DNA from: Candidatus Liptonbacteria bacterium
GTDB taxonomy: Bacteria > Patescibacteriota > Minisyncoccia > UBA6257 > Colwellbacteraceae
Assembly (NCBI GenBank): GCA_019923695.1
Contig: JAHXGO010000003.1
Span: 1 to 42,450, forward strand
Direction of reading: 5' to 3'
DNA: 42,450 nucleotides
Part shown: piece by piece, positions 17,982-26,024 of the stretch
Layout: the number at the start of each line of letters is the position of its first letter
Position numbering within the stretch: position 1 is the first letter of the stretch
Translations under genes and position numbers: made by a program
The notes under the pieces: model-generated
Databases searched by the model: none
Told to the model about the DNA's origin: nothing
The model's input: only the letters and a program-made list of their open reading frames with translations

Positions 17982-18022
17982 TTTTAATAGTTCAATGGAT
18001 CACTCCATTGAGCTATTAAAAT
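17981..18022. repeat. 19-bp-stem inverted repeat ATTTTAATAGTTCAATGGA-tcac-TCCATTGAGCTATTAAAAT
   Basis: One G-U/mismatch position only. Lies between the small HTH-like gene and the P-loop gene. Confidence 0.8.
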
Positions 18023-18082
18023 AAAAAGATTATTTTTAGGATTTCAACTTTATTATGTTTTTCTAATTTTGAAGTTAAAATT

Positions 18083-18108
18083 GTGGGAAGTGATTGCTCA
18101 CTCCCCAC
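18083..18108 (-). terminator. Hairpin overlapping the stop codon of the 76-aa gene, followed by AAUUUU on the minus strand
   Basis: GTGGGAAGTGA-ttgc-TCACTCCCCAC, 11-bp stem with one mismatch. Confidence 0.4.
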
Positions 18109-18328
18109 GGTTGCAGTCTTGCTCAAGAAGAGCAAGGATAGGTAATGGAACGCTAATTCCTTCTTCTTGACATAGAGCCAAAATAGTCGCTGCCTCTTCC
18201 GCGTCATCAGGAGTATGCAATCTATTTTCAGCTAGTTTGTCTTGAAGTGATAGGCCTTTGTAGCCCATCAGGATCAGTTCATCTTTCGAGTGATAGCGAA
18301 ACCTATTCCTGATTCCACCCGTATCCAT
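18098..18328 (-). CDS. 76-aa hypothetical protein, possibly a small HTH regulator
   Basis: ATG at 18328 is preceded by TATAAT and AAAAGGAAGA. The segment ELILMGYKGLSLQDKLAE weakly resembles sigma region 4 / LuxR-type HTH. Local GC is visibly higher than the surroundings. Confidence 0.45.
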   Translation of the reverse strand: MDTGGIRNRFRYHSKDELILMGYKGLSLQDKLAENRLHTPDDAEEAATILALCQEEGISVPLPILALLEQDCNRGE

Positions 18329-18418
18329 TCTTCCTTTTATTATAACAAGCCATAAATTTGATATATTAATCAGCATATCATTCGCTATATCGAGTTAAAA
18401 TTTTATATAATTTAAAAA

Positions 18419-19735
18419 ATGCGGTTGTACGATATTGTTTTTTATTCAGCCATATTTTTTATGGTTGGAATTGTTTTTGCCAGTTTTAGGATTAACGGTT
18501 TTTTTATTTTACTGGTTTCTTTTGTTGTTTTTTTGTTGTTTTTGGCTTTAAGTTTATTTAAAAGAAGCGGATTTATGATAGGCCGTCCTTTAGCTGTAGG
18601 CTGTCTTGCGTTTTTTATAATAATCGGCGCTTTTTATTATCATTTATTTTTTGTTTTACAAAACGAGAATATTGTTTTTAATAAAGAAATTGATTTTCAC
18701 GGATTGATTGTTAATGACCCCAAAATTGGGATAAATAATCAGGAGTTTTTAATTGAAATTCAGCCTCCTTTCAAGGGGAAGATAAAAGTTTATTCAAATG
18801 TTTATCCGTCTTGGCAATACGGGGATATTTTAAGTTTTAATGGAGAAATTAGAAAAACTTCACGCGGAAAAAATATTTTAAGTTTTCCGGAAATGGAGCT
18901 TGTGAAAAGAAATACCGGCAGCGATTTTAAATTTTTTCTTTATGAATTAAGGCAGAGTATGAGCGGTAATTTAAACAAGGTTCTTCCTTCTTCGTCGGCG
19001 GCTTTGATAAACGGCATTCTTTTTGGAGAAACAAAAAGATTTGATAGTGATTTCAAAGATGCCCTGATTGAAACCGGAACCATCCATATTGTGGCTCTTT
19101 CCGGTTATAATGTTTTAATTATCACTTTAGGTGTTTCTTCTCTTTTTTCTTATTTTTCTTCTCGGCGGAAAAGTTTTTATTTGACAATACTGGCGGTTTT
19201 GGGTTTTGTTTTAATGACCGGAGCAGAGCCTTCGACTGTCAGAGCGGCAATTATGGGTATTTTAGTTTTAACTGCTAAGCAAATGAGTCGTTTATCTAAT
19301 TTAAGAAATTCCGTTACTTTAACGGCTTTTTCAATGACTCTTTTTAATCCCAATTTTTTAGTTTTTGATTTGGGCTTTCAGCTTTCTTTTTTGGCTTTGT
19401 TGGGTATAGTTTATTTTGAACCAAAAATAAAAAAAATATTAAAATTTGGGGATGAAGAGGGATTTTTCGGATGGAAGAAAAATTTTTTAACCACTATATC
19501 TGCTCAACTTGGAGTTTTACCATTGCTTTTATTGGAATTTGGACGTTTTAGTTGGTTTTCTTTTTTGCCGAATATTTTAATTTTAAATGTTATCCCCATA
19601 ACGATGTTGTTTGGTTTTTTAACTGCTGTTTCAGGGTTTATTTCTAATTTTTTAGCGGTTATAATTGGTTTAATTCTTAATATTTTGTTGCGTTATGAAA
19701 TTGGAGTTATTAATATTTTTTCTTATCTTTTCTAA
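18419..19735 (+). CDS. comEC: ComEC/Rec2 DNA-uptake channel: N-terminal and competence (membrane) domains
   Basis: 438 aa polytopic protein with ComEC motifs (IHIVALSGYNV, EPSTVRAAIMG). Ends in a frame overlapping the next ORF. Confidence 0.85.
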   Translation: MRLYDIVFYSAIFFMVGIVFASFRINGFFILLVSFVVFLLFLALSLFKRSGFMIGRPLAVGCLAFFIIIGAFYYHLFFVLQNENIVFNKEIDFHGLIVNDPKIGINNQEFLIEIQPPFKGKIKVYSNVYPSWQYGDILSFNGEIRKTSRGKNILSFPEMELVKRNTGSDFKFFLYELRQSMSGNLNKVLPSSSAALINGILFGETKRFDSDFKDALIETGTIHIVALSGYNVLIITLGVSSLFSYFSSRRKSFYLTILAVLGFVLMTGAEPSTVRAAIMGILVLTAKQMSRLSNLRNSVTLTAFSMTLFNPNFLVFDLGFQLSFLALLGIVYFEPKIKKILKFGDEEGFFGWKKNFLTTISAQLGVLPLLLLEFGRFSWFSFLPNILILNVIPITMLFGFLTAVSGFISNFLAVIIGLILNILLRYEIGVINIFSYLF

Positions 19736-20546
19736 TATTTTTGTTTGGCATTCGGTTTTTTTAACTATTAACCACAAAGGGACAGAAGTTTATTTTTTTG
19801 ATGTCGGCCAAGGAAGTAGTTCTCTAATAAAACTTTCAAATAGTGTTGATATTTTAATTGATGCCGGCCGCGTTAATGATGTAACATATTGGCTGGAAAG
19901 AGCTTTGGCGCCAACAGATAAATATATAGATTTGGCGATTCTTTCTCATCCTCATCTTGACCATTACGGAGGATTTATCGATATTTTAAGAAATTATGAA
20001 GTGGGAGTTTTTATTTATAACGGAGAAAAAAGCGATTCTTTAGCTTATCAGGAGTTGGAAAAAGAGCTTAAAATATCCGAAACAAAAACGATTGTTTTAA
20101 AAGAAGGGGATAGAATAAAATACGCCGGTAATTATTTAGAAGTTTTGTCTCCATCCGAGAGTTTAAGACAGAATAAAAGAACTAGCGTTAACGACAATTC
20201 TTTGGTTAAACTTTTTCAAAATAAAGATGGTAGTCTGCTTTTTACCGGAGATATAAGTTTAAAAATCTTTAGAAAAATTTTAGATAAATACGACAACTTA
20301 AACATTGATTTTTTAAAAGTGCCTCATCATGGTTCAAGGTCAGGAATGGATGAAAATATTCTTCAAAGGATTTCGCCTTCTTTTGCCCTAATTAGCGTCG
20401 GTCAGAAAAATCCTTATGGTCATCCTTCAAAGGAAATTATAGATTTTCTTGAAAAATTAAAAATCAGATATTTTAGGACAGATCAGTATGGGTCTGTTAA
20501 ATTATTAATGGAAAATAAAACAATGGAAGTTTTTCGTTTAAAATGA
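19695..20546 (+). CDS. comEC: ComEC C-terminal metallo-beta-lactamase domain, encoded in a separate frame
   Basis: FFDVGQGSS, SHPHLDHYGG and KVPHHGS motifs. This frame is open from 19674 and overlaps the previous ORF by 41 nt. Confidence 0.85.
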   Translation: MKLELLIFFLIFSNIFVWHSVFLTINHKGTEVYFFDVGQGSSSLIKLSNSVDILIDAGRVNDVTYWLERALAPTDKYIDLAILSHPHLDHYGGFIDILRNYEVGVFIYNGEKSDSLAYQELEKELKISETKTIVLKEGDRIKYAGNYLEVLSPSESLRQNKRTSVNDNSLVKLFQNKDGSLLFTGDISLKIFRKILDKYDNLNIDFLKVPHHGSRSGMDENILQRISPSFALISVGQKNPYGHPSKEIIDFLEKLKIRYFRTDQYGSVKLLMENKTMEVFRLK

Positions 20547-20680
20547 TATAGTTTTAATTATAGTCAGCTATATTGATTTATAGTGGAGTTTGATTAATTT
20601 ACTAAAGTCGTTTTTTGATTGTAAAATAAATTGATTAAATTTTTAACGAAAGGTGTATTTTTAGTAAAAAACAATAATTT

Positions 20681-22117
20681 ATGATGCGAATTTTAATAAA
20701 AAATATTTTAAACAAAACAGGTGAAGAAGTTTCTTTAAAGGGCTGGGTAAACGGGCGTCGCGATCACGGTAAAATTATTTTTATTGACCTTCGGGACTTG
20801 AGTGGGGTTATTCAGCTTGTTTTTACTCCTGCTTGTAAGGATTATAGTTTGGCTGAAAAACTTCGGCTGGAATGGGTTATAGGGGTTAAGGGTAAGGTTA
20901 TTTTAAGACCGCAGTCAATGATAAACGAAAACATTGATACCGGAAAAATTGAAGTTAGTGTTGAAGAACTGGAAGTGATTACAGAAGCTCAAACTCTGCC
21001 TTTTGTTTTAGATACTGATGGCAGGGAAATAGGCGAGGACTTGCGATTAAAATATCGTTATTTGGATTTAAGGAGAAAAAGAATGAGCGATAATTTAAGG
21101 AATCGTTGTCAAATAATTAAATATATGCGTGATTTTTTGACGGAAAGGGGATTTACGGAAATTGAAACGCCGATGCTGACTAAATCCACTCCTGAAGGGG
21201 CAAGAGATTATCTTGTTCCAAGTCGAATTCATTGCGGAAAATTTTATAGCCTACCTCAATCTCCTCAACAATATAAACAACTTTTAATGGTTGCTGGTTT
21301 AGAAAGATATTTTCAAATTGCCCGTTGTTTAAGAGATGAAGACCCTCGCGGCGACCGTCAGCCGGAATTTACTCAACTTGATATTGAAATGAGCTTTGTT
21401 GAAGAAAATGATATTTTGGATCTTGTTGAAGAACTTCATATCGCATTGGTTAAAAAACTTTATCCCGGCAAAGAAATTAAACTTGATGAAAATAATAGAA
21501 TTCCAAGAATGTCTTATCAAGAAGTAATGAAAAAGTATAATACCGATAAACCGGATATTCGAAAAAATAAAAACAATTCAGATGAATTAGCTTTTTTGTA
21601 TGTTGTTGATTTTCCTATGTTTGAATGGAAAGAGGGTGATAAAAGGTGGGGGGCCAATCATCACCCTTTTACTCAACCGAAAGTAAAAGACGAACATGAT
21701 TTTAAAAGGCTTTTTGAGGAAAATCCTAGTCAAATTTTGGCAAAACAGTACGATTTTGTTTTAAATGGTTATGAAATAGGGGGTGGGTCGATAAGAACGC
21801 ATAATCCTTATTTATTAAAATCTATTTTTGAAGTATTAGGGAATAATCCGGCGGACATTGAAAGTAAGTTCGGCCACATGTTTGAGGCTTTCAAATATGG
21901 AGTCCCACCTCATGGAGGAATTGCCTGCGGAATAGATAGGATTGCGATGATTTTGCAAAATGAACCAAGCATTCGGGAAGTTATTGCTTTTCCGAAAACA
22001 GGCGACGGTAGGGATTTAATGATGGACTCTCCTTCAGATGTTGATGAAAAACAATTAAAAGAATTAGGTATAAGCATTGTAAAAAAAATCAAAACAATAA
22101 ATAAAAATAATAAATAA
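20681..22117 (+). CDS. aspS: Aspartate--tRNA ligase, bacterial type but lacking the GAD insertion domain
   Basis: OB-fold N-domain, FYSLPQSPQQYKQLLM, motif 2 CLRDEDPRGDRQPEFTQLD, DKPDIR, HHPFT and motif 3 GIACGIDR. Only ~9 aa lie between DKPDIR and the VVDFPMFEW segment. Confidence 0.93.
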   Translation: MMRILIKNILNKTGEEVSLKGWVNGRRDHGKIIFIDLRDLSGVIQLVFTPACKDYSLAEKLRLEWVIGVKGKVILRPQSMINENIDTGKIEVSVEELEVITEAQTLPFVLDTDGREIGEDLRLKYRYLDLRRKRMSDNLRNRCQIIKYMRDFLTERGFTEIETPMLTKSTPEGARDYLVPSRIHCGKFYSLPQSPQQYKQLLMVAGLERYFQIARCLRDEDPRGDRQPEFTQLDIEMSFVEENDILDLVEELHIALVKKLYPGKEIKLDENNRIPRMSYQEVMKKYNTDKPDIRKNKNNSDELAFLYVVDFPMFEWKEGDKRWGANHHPFTQPKVKDEHDFKRLFEENPSQILAKQYDFVLNGYEIGGGSIRTHNPYLLKSIFEVLGNNPADIESKFGHMFEAFKYGVPPHGGIACGIDRIAMILQNEPSIREVIAFPKTGDGRDLMMDSPSDVDEKQLKELGISIVKKIKTINKNNK

Positions 22118-22119
22118 AA

Positions 22120-22722
22120 ATGATAAATAAAAAAGAGCAAACATTAGTTATTATAAAACCAGACGGTGTTCAAAGAGGTCTTATCGGGGAAATTATTAAG
22201 CGTTATGAAAAAAGTGGCTTGAAATTAACGGGTTTAAAAATAGTTATCCCGACAAACAAATTAATTGAAAGTCATTATCTTGTTGATTTGAATTGGAAAA
22301 CAAAAGTGGGCGAGAAATCAATTGAGGCCTATAAGAAAAAAGGATTAATTTCTCCTTCTGAAAACCCAATTGAAATCGGCGACAGGGTTTTAAATAATTT
22401 AAAGAAGTATTTAACTTCCGGGCCGATAATAGCTATGGTTTGGGAAGGAATGAATGCGATTGCGATTATCAGAAAAATAACCGGAGGAACAGAGCCTTTA
22501 GTCTCTGATGTTGGAACTATCAGGGGTGATTTAACTATTGATTCTTACGAAGTAGCTGACAGCGACGGCCGGGCAGTTAGAAATTTAATTCACGCTTCCG
22601 GAAGCGCTGAAGAATCGGAAAAAGAAATTGCTTTGTGGTTTAATAAAAACGAGATATTAAGTTACCGTTTGGTTAGTGAGTCGATTTTGTATGATGTAAA
22701 TTTGGACGGCATTTTGGAATAG
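22120..22722 (+). CDS. ndk: Nucleoside-diphosphate kinase (long form with internal insertion)
   Basis: TLVIIKPDGVQRGLIGEI, TIRGD and NLIHASGS (active-site His). 200 aa, compared with ~140 aa for a typical Ndk. Confidence 0.9.
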   Translation: MINKKEQTLVIIKPDGVQRGLIGEIIKRYEKSGLKLTGLKIVIPTNKLIESHYLVDLNWKTKVGEKSIEAYKKKGLISPSENPIEIGDRVLNNLKKYLTSGPIIAMVWEGMNAIAIIRKITGGTEPLVSDVGTIRGDLTIDSYEVADSDGRAVRNLIHASGSAEESEKEIALWFNKNEILSYRLVSESILYDVNLDGILE

Positions 22723-22798
22723 GACGGATTTAGAAGTTAAGTGTTTTTTCTTTCTATTATTTATGGCTTAAAAACAGCTTTTTATCATTTTTTTAAGT

Positions 22799-22826
22799 TT
22801 GTTAAAAAAATCAAAAATGTTATACT
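22799..22826 (+). promoter_or_regulatory. Promoter TTGTTA-16 nt-TGtTATACT (extended -10) in front of the structured RNA candidate
   Basis: Counted by hand. The predicted start near 22833 coincides with the first base of the terminal helix. Confidence 0.5.
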
Positions 22827-22832
22827 AAATGT

Positions 22833-22963
22833 GGTCTCGTTCTTAAAAGATTCCGGATTTATAATTTATAAAGGGAGGGCAATAGTATTTCGGCTCTTGG
22901 GTCGAAGTTGAACTCACCCACTTGGCGTAAGCCGGAGGCATCTTTAAAGGACGGGGCCTTTTT
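22833..22963 (+). ncRNA. Candidate ~130-nt structured RNA of unassigned class, with 5' and 3' ends paired and a U5 tail
   Basis: GGUCUCGUUC (22833-42) pairs with GGACGGGGCC (22949-58) at all 10 positions (4 G-U). The helix continues with UU/AA and AAAGAU/AUCUUU. Internal helices are GGGAGGG/CUCACCC and a GGC-GUAA-GCC GNRA hairpin. TTTTT at 22959-63. No ORF. Confidence 0.5.
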
Positions 22964-22991
22964 AGGTTTTATTATATTATAATTATAATAG

Positions 22992-23756
22992 ATGAATAAT
23001 TCTTTAATTAATTTAATTGTTCCGAAAATATCTTTATTAGACTATTCCGGTAAAAAAAATAAAACTTCTTTTTTGGATTTTTCTGTTATGGAACCTCCTT
23101 TGTTAAAAGACAAGATTTTGATTTTTGCTCCTCATCCGGATGATGAAGTTTTGTCGGCTGGCGGATTTATAGCTTTGGCAAAAATTAATAAAGCTTTAGT
23201 TAAAATTATCATTGTTACGGATGGCAACAAAAGGAATTTAAAAAAGAAAAGATATAAAGAAACTTTAAAAGCAGTGGAAATTTTAGGAATAAAAAATAAG
23301 GAGGTTGTTTTTTTAAATTATCCTGACGGCAAATTGAAAGATTATAGACAAAATCTTTCAAAAAGTATTTCTCAACTTGTAGTTCGTTTTAAACCGACAA
23401 TCATTATTTCGCCTTATCCGTTTGACACTCATTCTGACCATAAAGTTTTAAGTTTGGCGGTAAGAAATATTCTGAAAGAATTAAAATATAACGGAAAAAT
23501 TTTTGAATATCTTATTCATTTTCCTCGTTACCCCCAACCTAGAGGATTATATGAAAATAAACATTTAATTCCGCCAGTCTTTCTTTTAGGGTTAGATAAT
23601 AAAAAAAGATGGTGTCAACTTCCCCTTTCTTTTGAAATAAAAAAACTTAAAACTAAAGCAATTTCGCAATATAAATCGCAGCTACGCTTTCCTATGGTTA
23701 AAAATTTACTTTTGAGTTTTATCAAAAAAAATGAGCTGTTTTATAGCTGGCGGTAA
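22992..23756 (+). CDS. PIG-L (LmbE-like) family N-acetylglucosaminyl deacetylase
   Basis: FAPHPDDEVLSAGG and the HSDH zinc motifs. Confidence 0.85.
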   Translation: MNNSLINLIVPKISLLDYSGKKNKTSFLDFSVMEPPLLKDKILIFAPHPDDEVLSAGGFIALAKINKALVKIIIVTDGNKRNLKKKRYKETLKAVEILGIKNKEVVFLNYPDGKLKDYRQNLSKSISQLVVRFKPTIIISPYPFDTHSDHKVLSLAVRNILKELKYNGKIFEYLIHFPRYPQPRGLYENKHLIPPVFLLGLDNKKRWCQLPLSFEIKKLKTKAISQYKSQLRFPMVKNLLLSFIKKNELFYSWR

Positions 23757-23770
23757 TGTTGCTTGATATA

Positions 23771-23798
23771 TTGCATTTATGGTTTGTTATGGTAAAAT
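23771..23798 (+). promoter_or_regulatory. Promoter TTGCAT-16 nt-TAAAAT upstream of lemA-htpX
   Basis: Hexamers counted by hand. Confidence 0.4.
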
Positions 23799-23839
23799 TA
23801 AATAAATAAAAAAAGTCGAACTTAATTTAAAGAAAAAAT

Positions 23840-24403
23840 ATGGATTTAATTATAATTATTTTAGTTTTATTAGTTTTATTAATTGTATTTGTCGCTTTTA
23901 TCTATAATCGATTAGTTGCTCTTAGAAATCGTGTTAAAGAAGCTTGGTCGGCTATTGATATTCAATTAAAAGAAAGATACAACGTTATTATTAATTTAGT
24001 TGAAGCAGTTAAAGGTTATGCTGCGCATGAAAAATCAGTTTTGGAAAAAGTGACTGCGTCAAGAGTGGCTGCAATGGGAGCTAAAACAACAAAAGAGCAC
24101 GCAGAAGCTGAAAATATGCTTTCTCAAACGTTAAAATCGCTTTTTGCGGTGGCTGAAGCTTATCCGGACTTAAAAGCATCGGCTAATTTTTTACAGCTTC
24201 AACAAAGAATTTCAGAAACTGAAAGCAAGTTATACGCGGCAAACAGGTTTTACAATAATACGGTTAAAGACATTAATATTGCCGTTGAAAGTTTCCCGAT
24301 TAATATGATGGCTTCTGCTTTCGGCTTTCATAAAGAAGAGTTTTTTAAACTTGATGAAGCGGAAGCGTCAAAAGCGAAAGAATCTGTTTTGGTAAAATTT
24401 TAA
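23840..24403 (+). CDS. lemA: LemA family membrane protein
   Basis: N-terminal TM helix plus the LemA signature (YNRLVALRNRVKEAWSAIDIQLKERY...). Confidence 0.9.
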   Translation: MDLIIIILVLLVLLIVFVAFIYNRLVALRNRVKEAWSAIDIQLKERYNVIINLVEAVKGYAAHEKSVLEKVTASRVAAMGAKTTKEHAEAENMLSQTLKSLFAVAEAYPDLKASANFLQLQQRISETESKLYAANRFYNNTVKDINIAVESFPINMMASAFGFHKEEFFKLDEAEASKAKESVLVKF

Positions 24404-24431
24404 TTAAATAAAAATCAGTTAAAATTAAATT

Positions 24432-25316
24432 ATGAGTTTATACAGCCAAGCTGAATCAAACATCAGGAAAACTTGGGGGTTTCTAATATTGTTTTTTATA
24501 TTTGTTATTTTTCTCGGTTGGATTATTTCTTATTTTTATAATGAGCCCTTAATTTTGTGGTTGGCTGTTTTTTTCAGCTTTTTTTCAGTTTTTTTCTCGT
24601 ATTGGCATTCAGACAAAATAATTTTAAGAATGAACAACGCTCGGTTAGTTGAAGAAAAAGACAATCCGGAAATTTATAATTTGGTGAATAATCTTTGCAC
24701 TGTTGCTGGTCTTCCTTTACCTAAAATATATATTATTGAAGATGAACAACCGAATGCTTTTGCAACCGGTCGAAACCCGAAACATGCGGTTATAGCCGTG
24801 ACAAGAGGATTACTTAAAAAATTAGATAAATTGGAACTTGAGGGTGTTATCGCTCATGAGCTTGCTCATATTGGAAATCGCGATATGTTACTCCAGACAA
24901 TTGTGGTTGTTTTAGTTGGAACAATAATTATGATGACTGATTTTTTCTTTTTTTCAAGCTTTGGGGGCAGAGGTAGACAAGGCGGCCATCCTATATTTTT
25001 AATAATTTTTTTGGCGTTGATGATTTTAGCGCCTATTTTTGCTCAATTGATGAAACTTGCTATTTCTAGAAAAAGAGAGTTTTTGGCTGATGCTTCTGGC
25101 GCTTTGTTAACTCGTTATCCTGACGGGCTAGCAAAAGCTTTAGAAAAAATATCACAACATCCTTCTTCGTTAGCAAAAGCTAATGATTCAACCGCTCATC
25201 TTTTTATAGTTAATCCTTTTAGGGGGAATGAAGGGAAAAGCTGGCTTCATAGATTGTTTATGACTCATCCGCCGGTTGAAGAAAGAGTCAGGGCCTTAAC
25301 AGGGATGAAAATTTAA
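24432..25316 (+). CDS. htpX: Zinc metalloprotease HtpX (M48 family)
   Basis: HELAHIGNRD zinc motif, four TM segments and a C-terminal THPPVEERV. Confidence 0.92.
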   Translation: MSLYSQAESNIRKTWGFLILFFIFVIFLGWIISYFYNEPLILWLAVFFSFFSVFFSYWHSDKIILRMNNARLVEEKDNPEIYNLVNNLCTVAGLPLPKIYIIEDEQPNAFATGRNPKHAVIAVTRGLLKKLDKLELEGVIAHELAHIGNRDMLLQTIVVVLVGTIIMMTDFFFFSSFGGRGRQGGHPIFLIIFLALMILAPIFAQLMKLAISRKREFLADASGALLTRYPDGLAKALEKISQHPSSLAKANDSTAHLFIVNPFRGNEGKSWLHRLFMTHPPVEERVRALTGMKI

Positions 25317-25330
25317 AATAAAAAATTAAT

Positions 25331-25919
25331 ATGTTTGAGAAAAAACAGATTCAAAAACTAACGGAGGAAATAAAAAAATTAAAAGCATTAGCTTACAAGG
25401 ATGAACTAACCGGTCTTTATGGTCATCGGGGGTTAAAGAAGAAGTAAAAAATTTCTTAATAAGACTATTTTATTTAAAAAATCTTCGGAAAAAAGAAAAT
25501 CTTTTGTAATAAAAGGTTTTAGTTTAGTGATTTTTGATATTGATGATTTTAAAAAACTTAATGATACTTATGGTCATGAAGGGGGCGATTTAAGTTTAAA
25601 AGTTTTAAGCCGCTTGATTTTAAAAAGGATAAGGAGTGTTGATTTGGCGGCTCGTTGGGGAGGAGATGAAATTATTTTAGGTTTGGTTGGCGCCAACGCA
25701 AGCGACGCTTTTAAAATTGCTAATGATATTAGAGAAAAAACTGCTAAGTTAAAAATTAAATATTTAAATAAAATTCTAAGTTTTACTGTTAGCGGGGGTG
25801 TGGCAGATTCTCATCGGGCAAAAAGTTTTAATGATTTATTTCGTTTAGTTGATAAAGCGTTATACAAAGCTAAAAAACAAGGTAAAAATAAAATTGTTGG
25901 ATTGTCTGTTGGCGCATAA
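25331..25919 (+). pseudogene. Stand-alone GGDEF diguanylate cyclase, interrupted by a 1-nt frameshift near 25433-25445
   Basis: 25331-25447 encodes MFEKKQIQKLTEEIKKLKALAYKDELTGLYGHRGLKKK*. Removing one A after TTA (25433-35) joins it to RRSKKFLNKTI...FSLVIFDIDDFKKLNDTYGHEGGD...RSVDLAARWGGDEI (ORF 25527..25919). An RxxD I-site lies 5 aa before GGDEI. Confidence 0.75.
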
Positions 25920-25955
25920 ACTATCCGTTGGTTATAGATTATGGCAGGATAGATT

Positions 25956-25983
25956 TTGATATATTGAGCTAAATTACTATAAT
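25956..25983 (+). promoter_or_regulatory. Promoter TTGATA-16 nt-TATAAT
   Basis: Counted by hand; upstream of the 26025 gene. Confidence 0.5.
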
Positions 25984-26024
25984 ATAAAAAAGGTCGATTA
26001 TTATGAGTTTTTTAAAAAAAGATT

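Noticed and set aside
22833-22958. Calling the 130-nt RNA candidate SRP (4.5S) RNA
   Set aside because: It has paired ends and irregular long-hairpin potential. However, the GNRA hairpin is off-centre, and the conserved domain IV loops (5' AGG / 3' AGCA flanking a GGAA-type loop) are not present.
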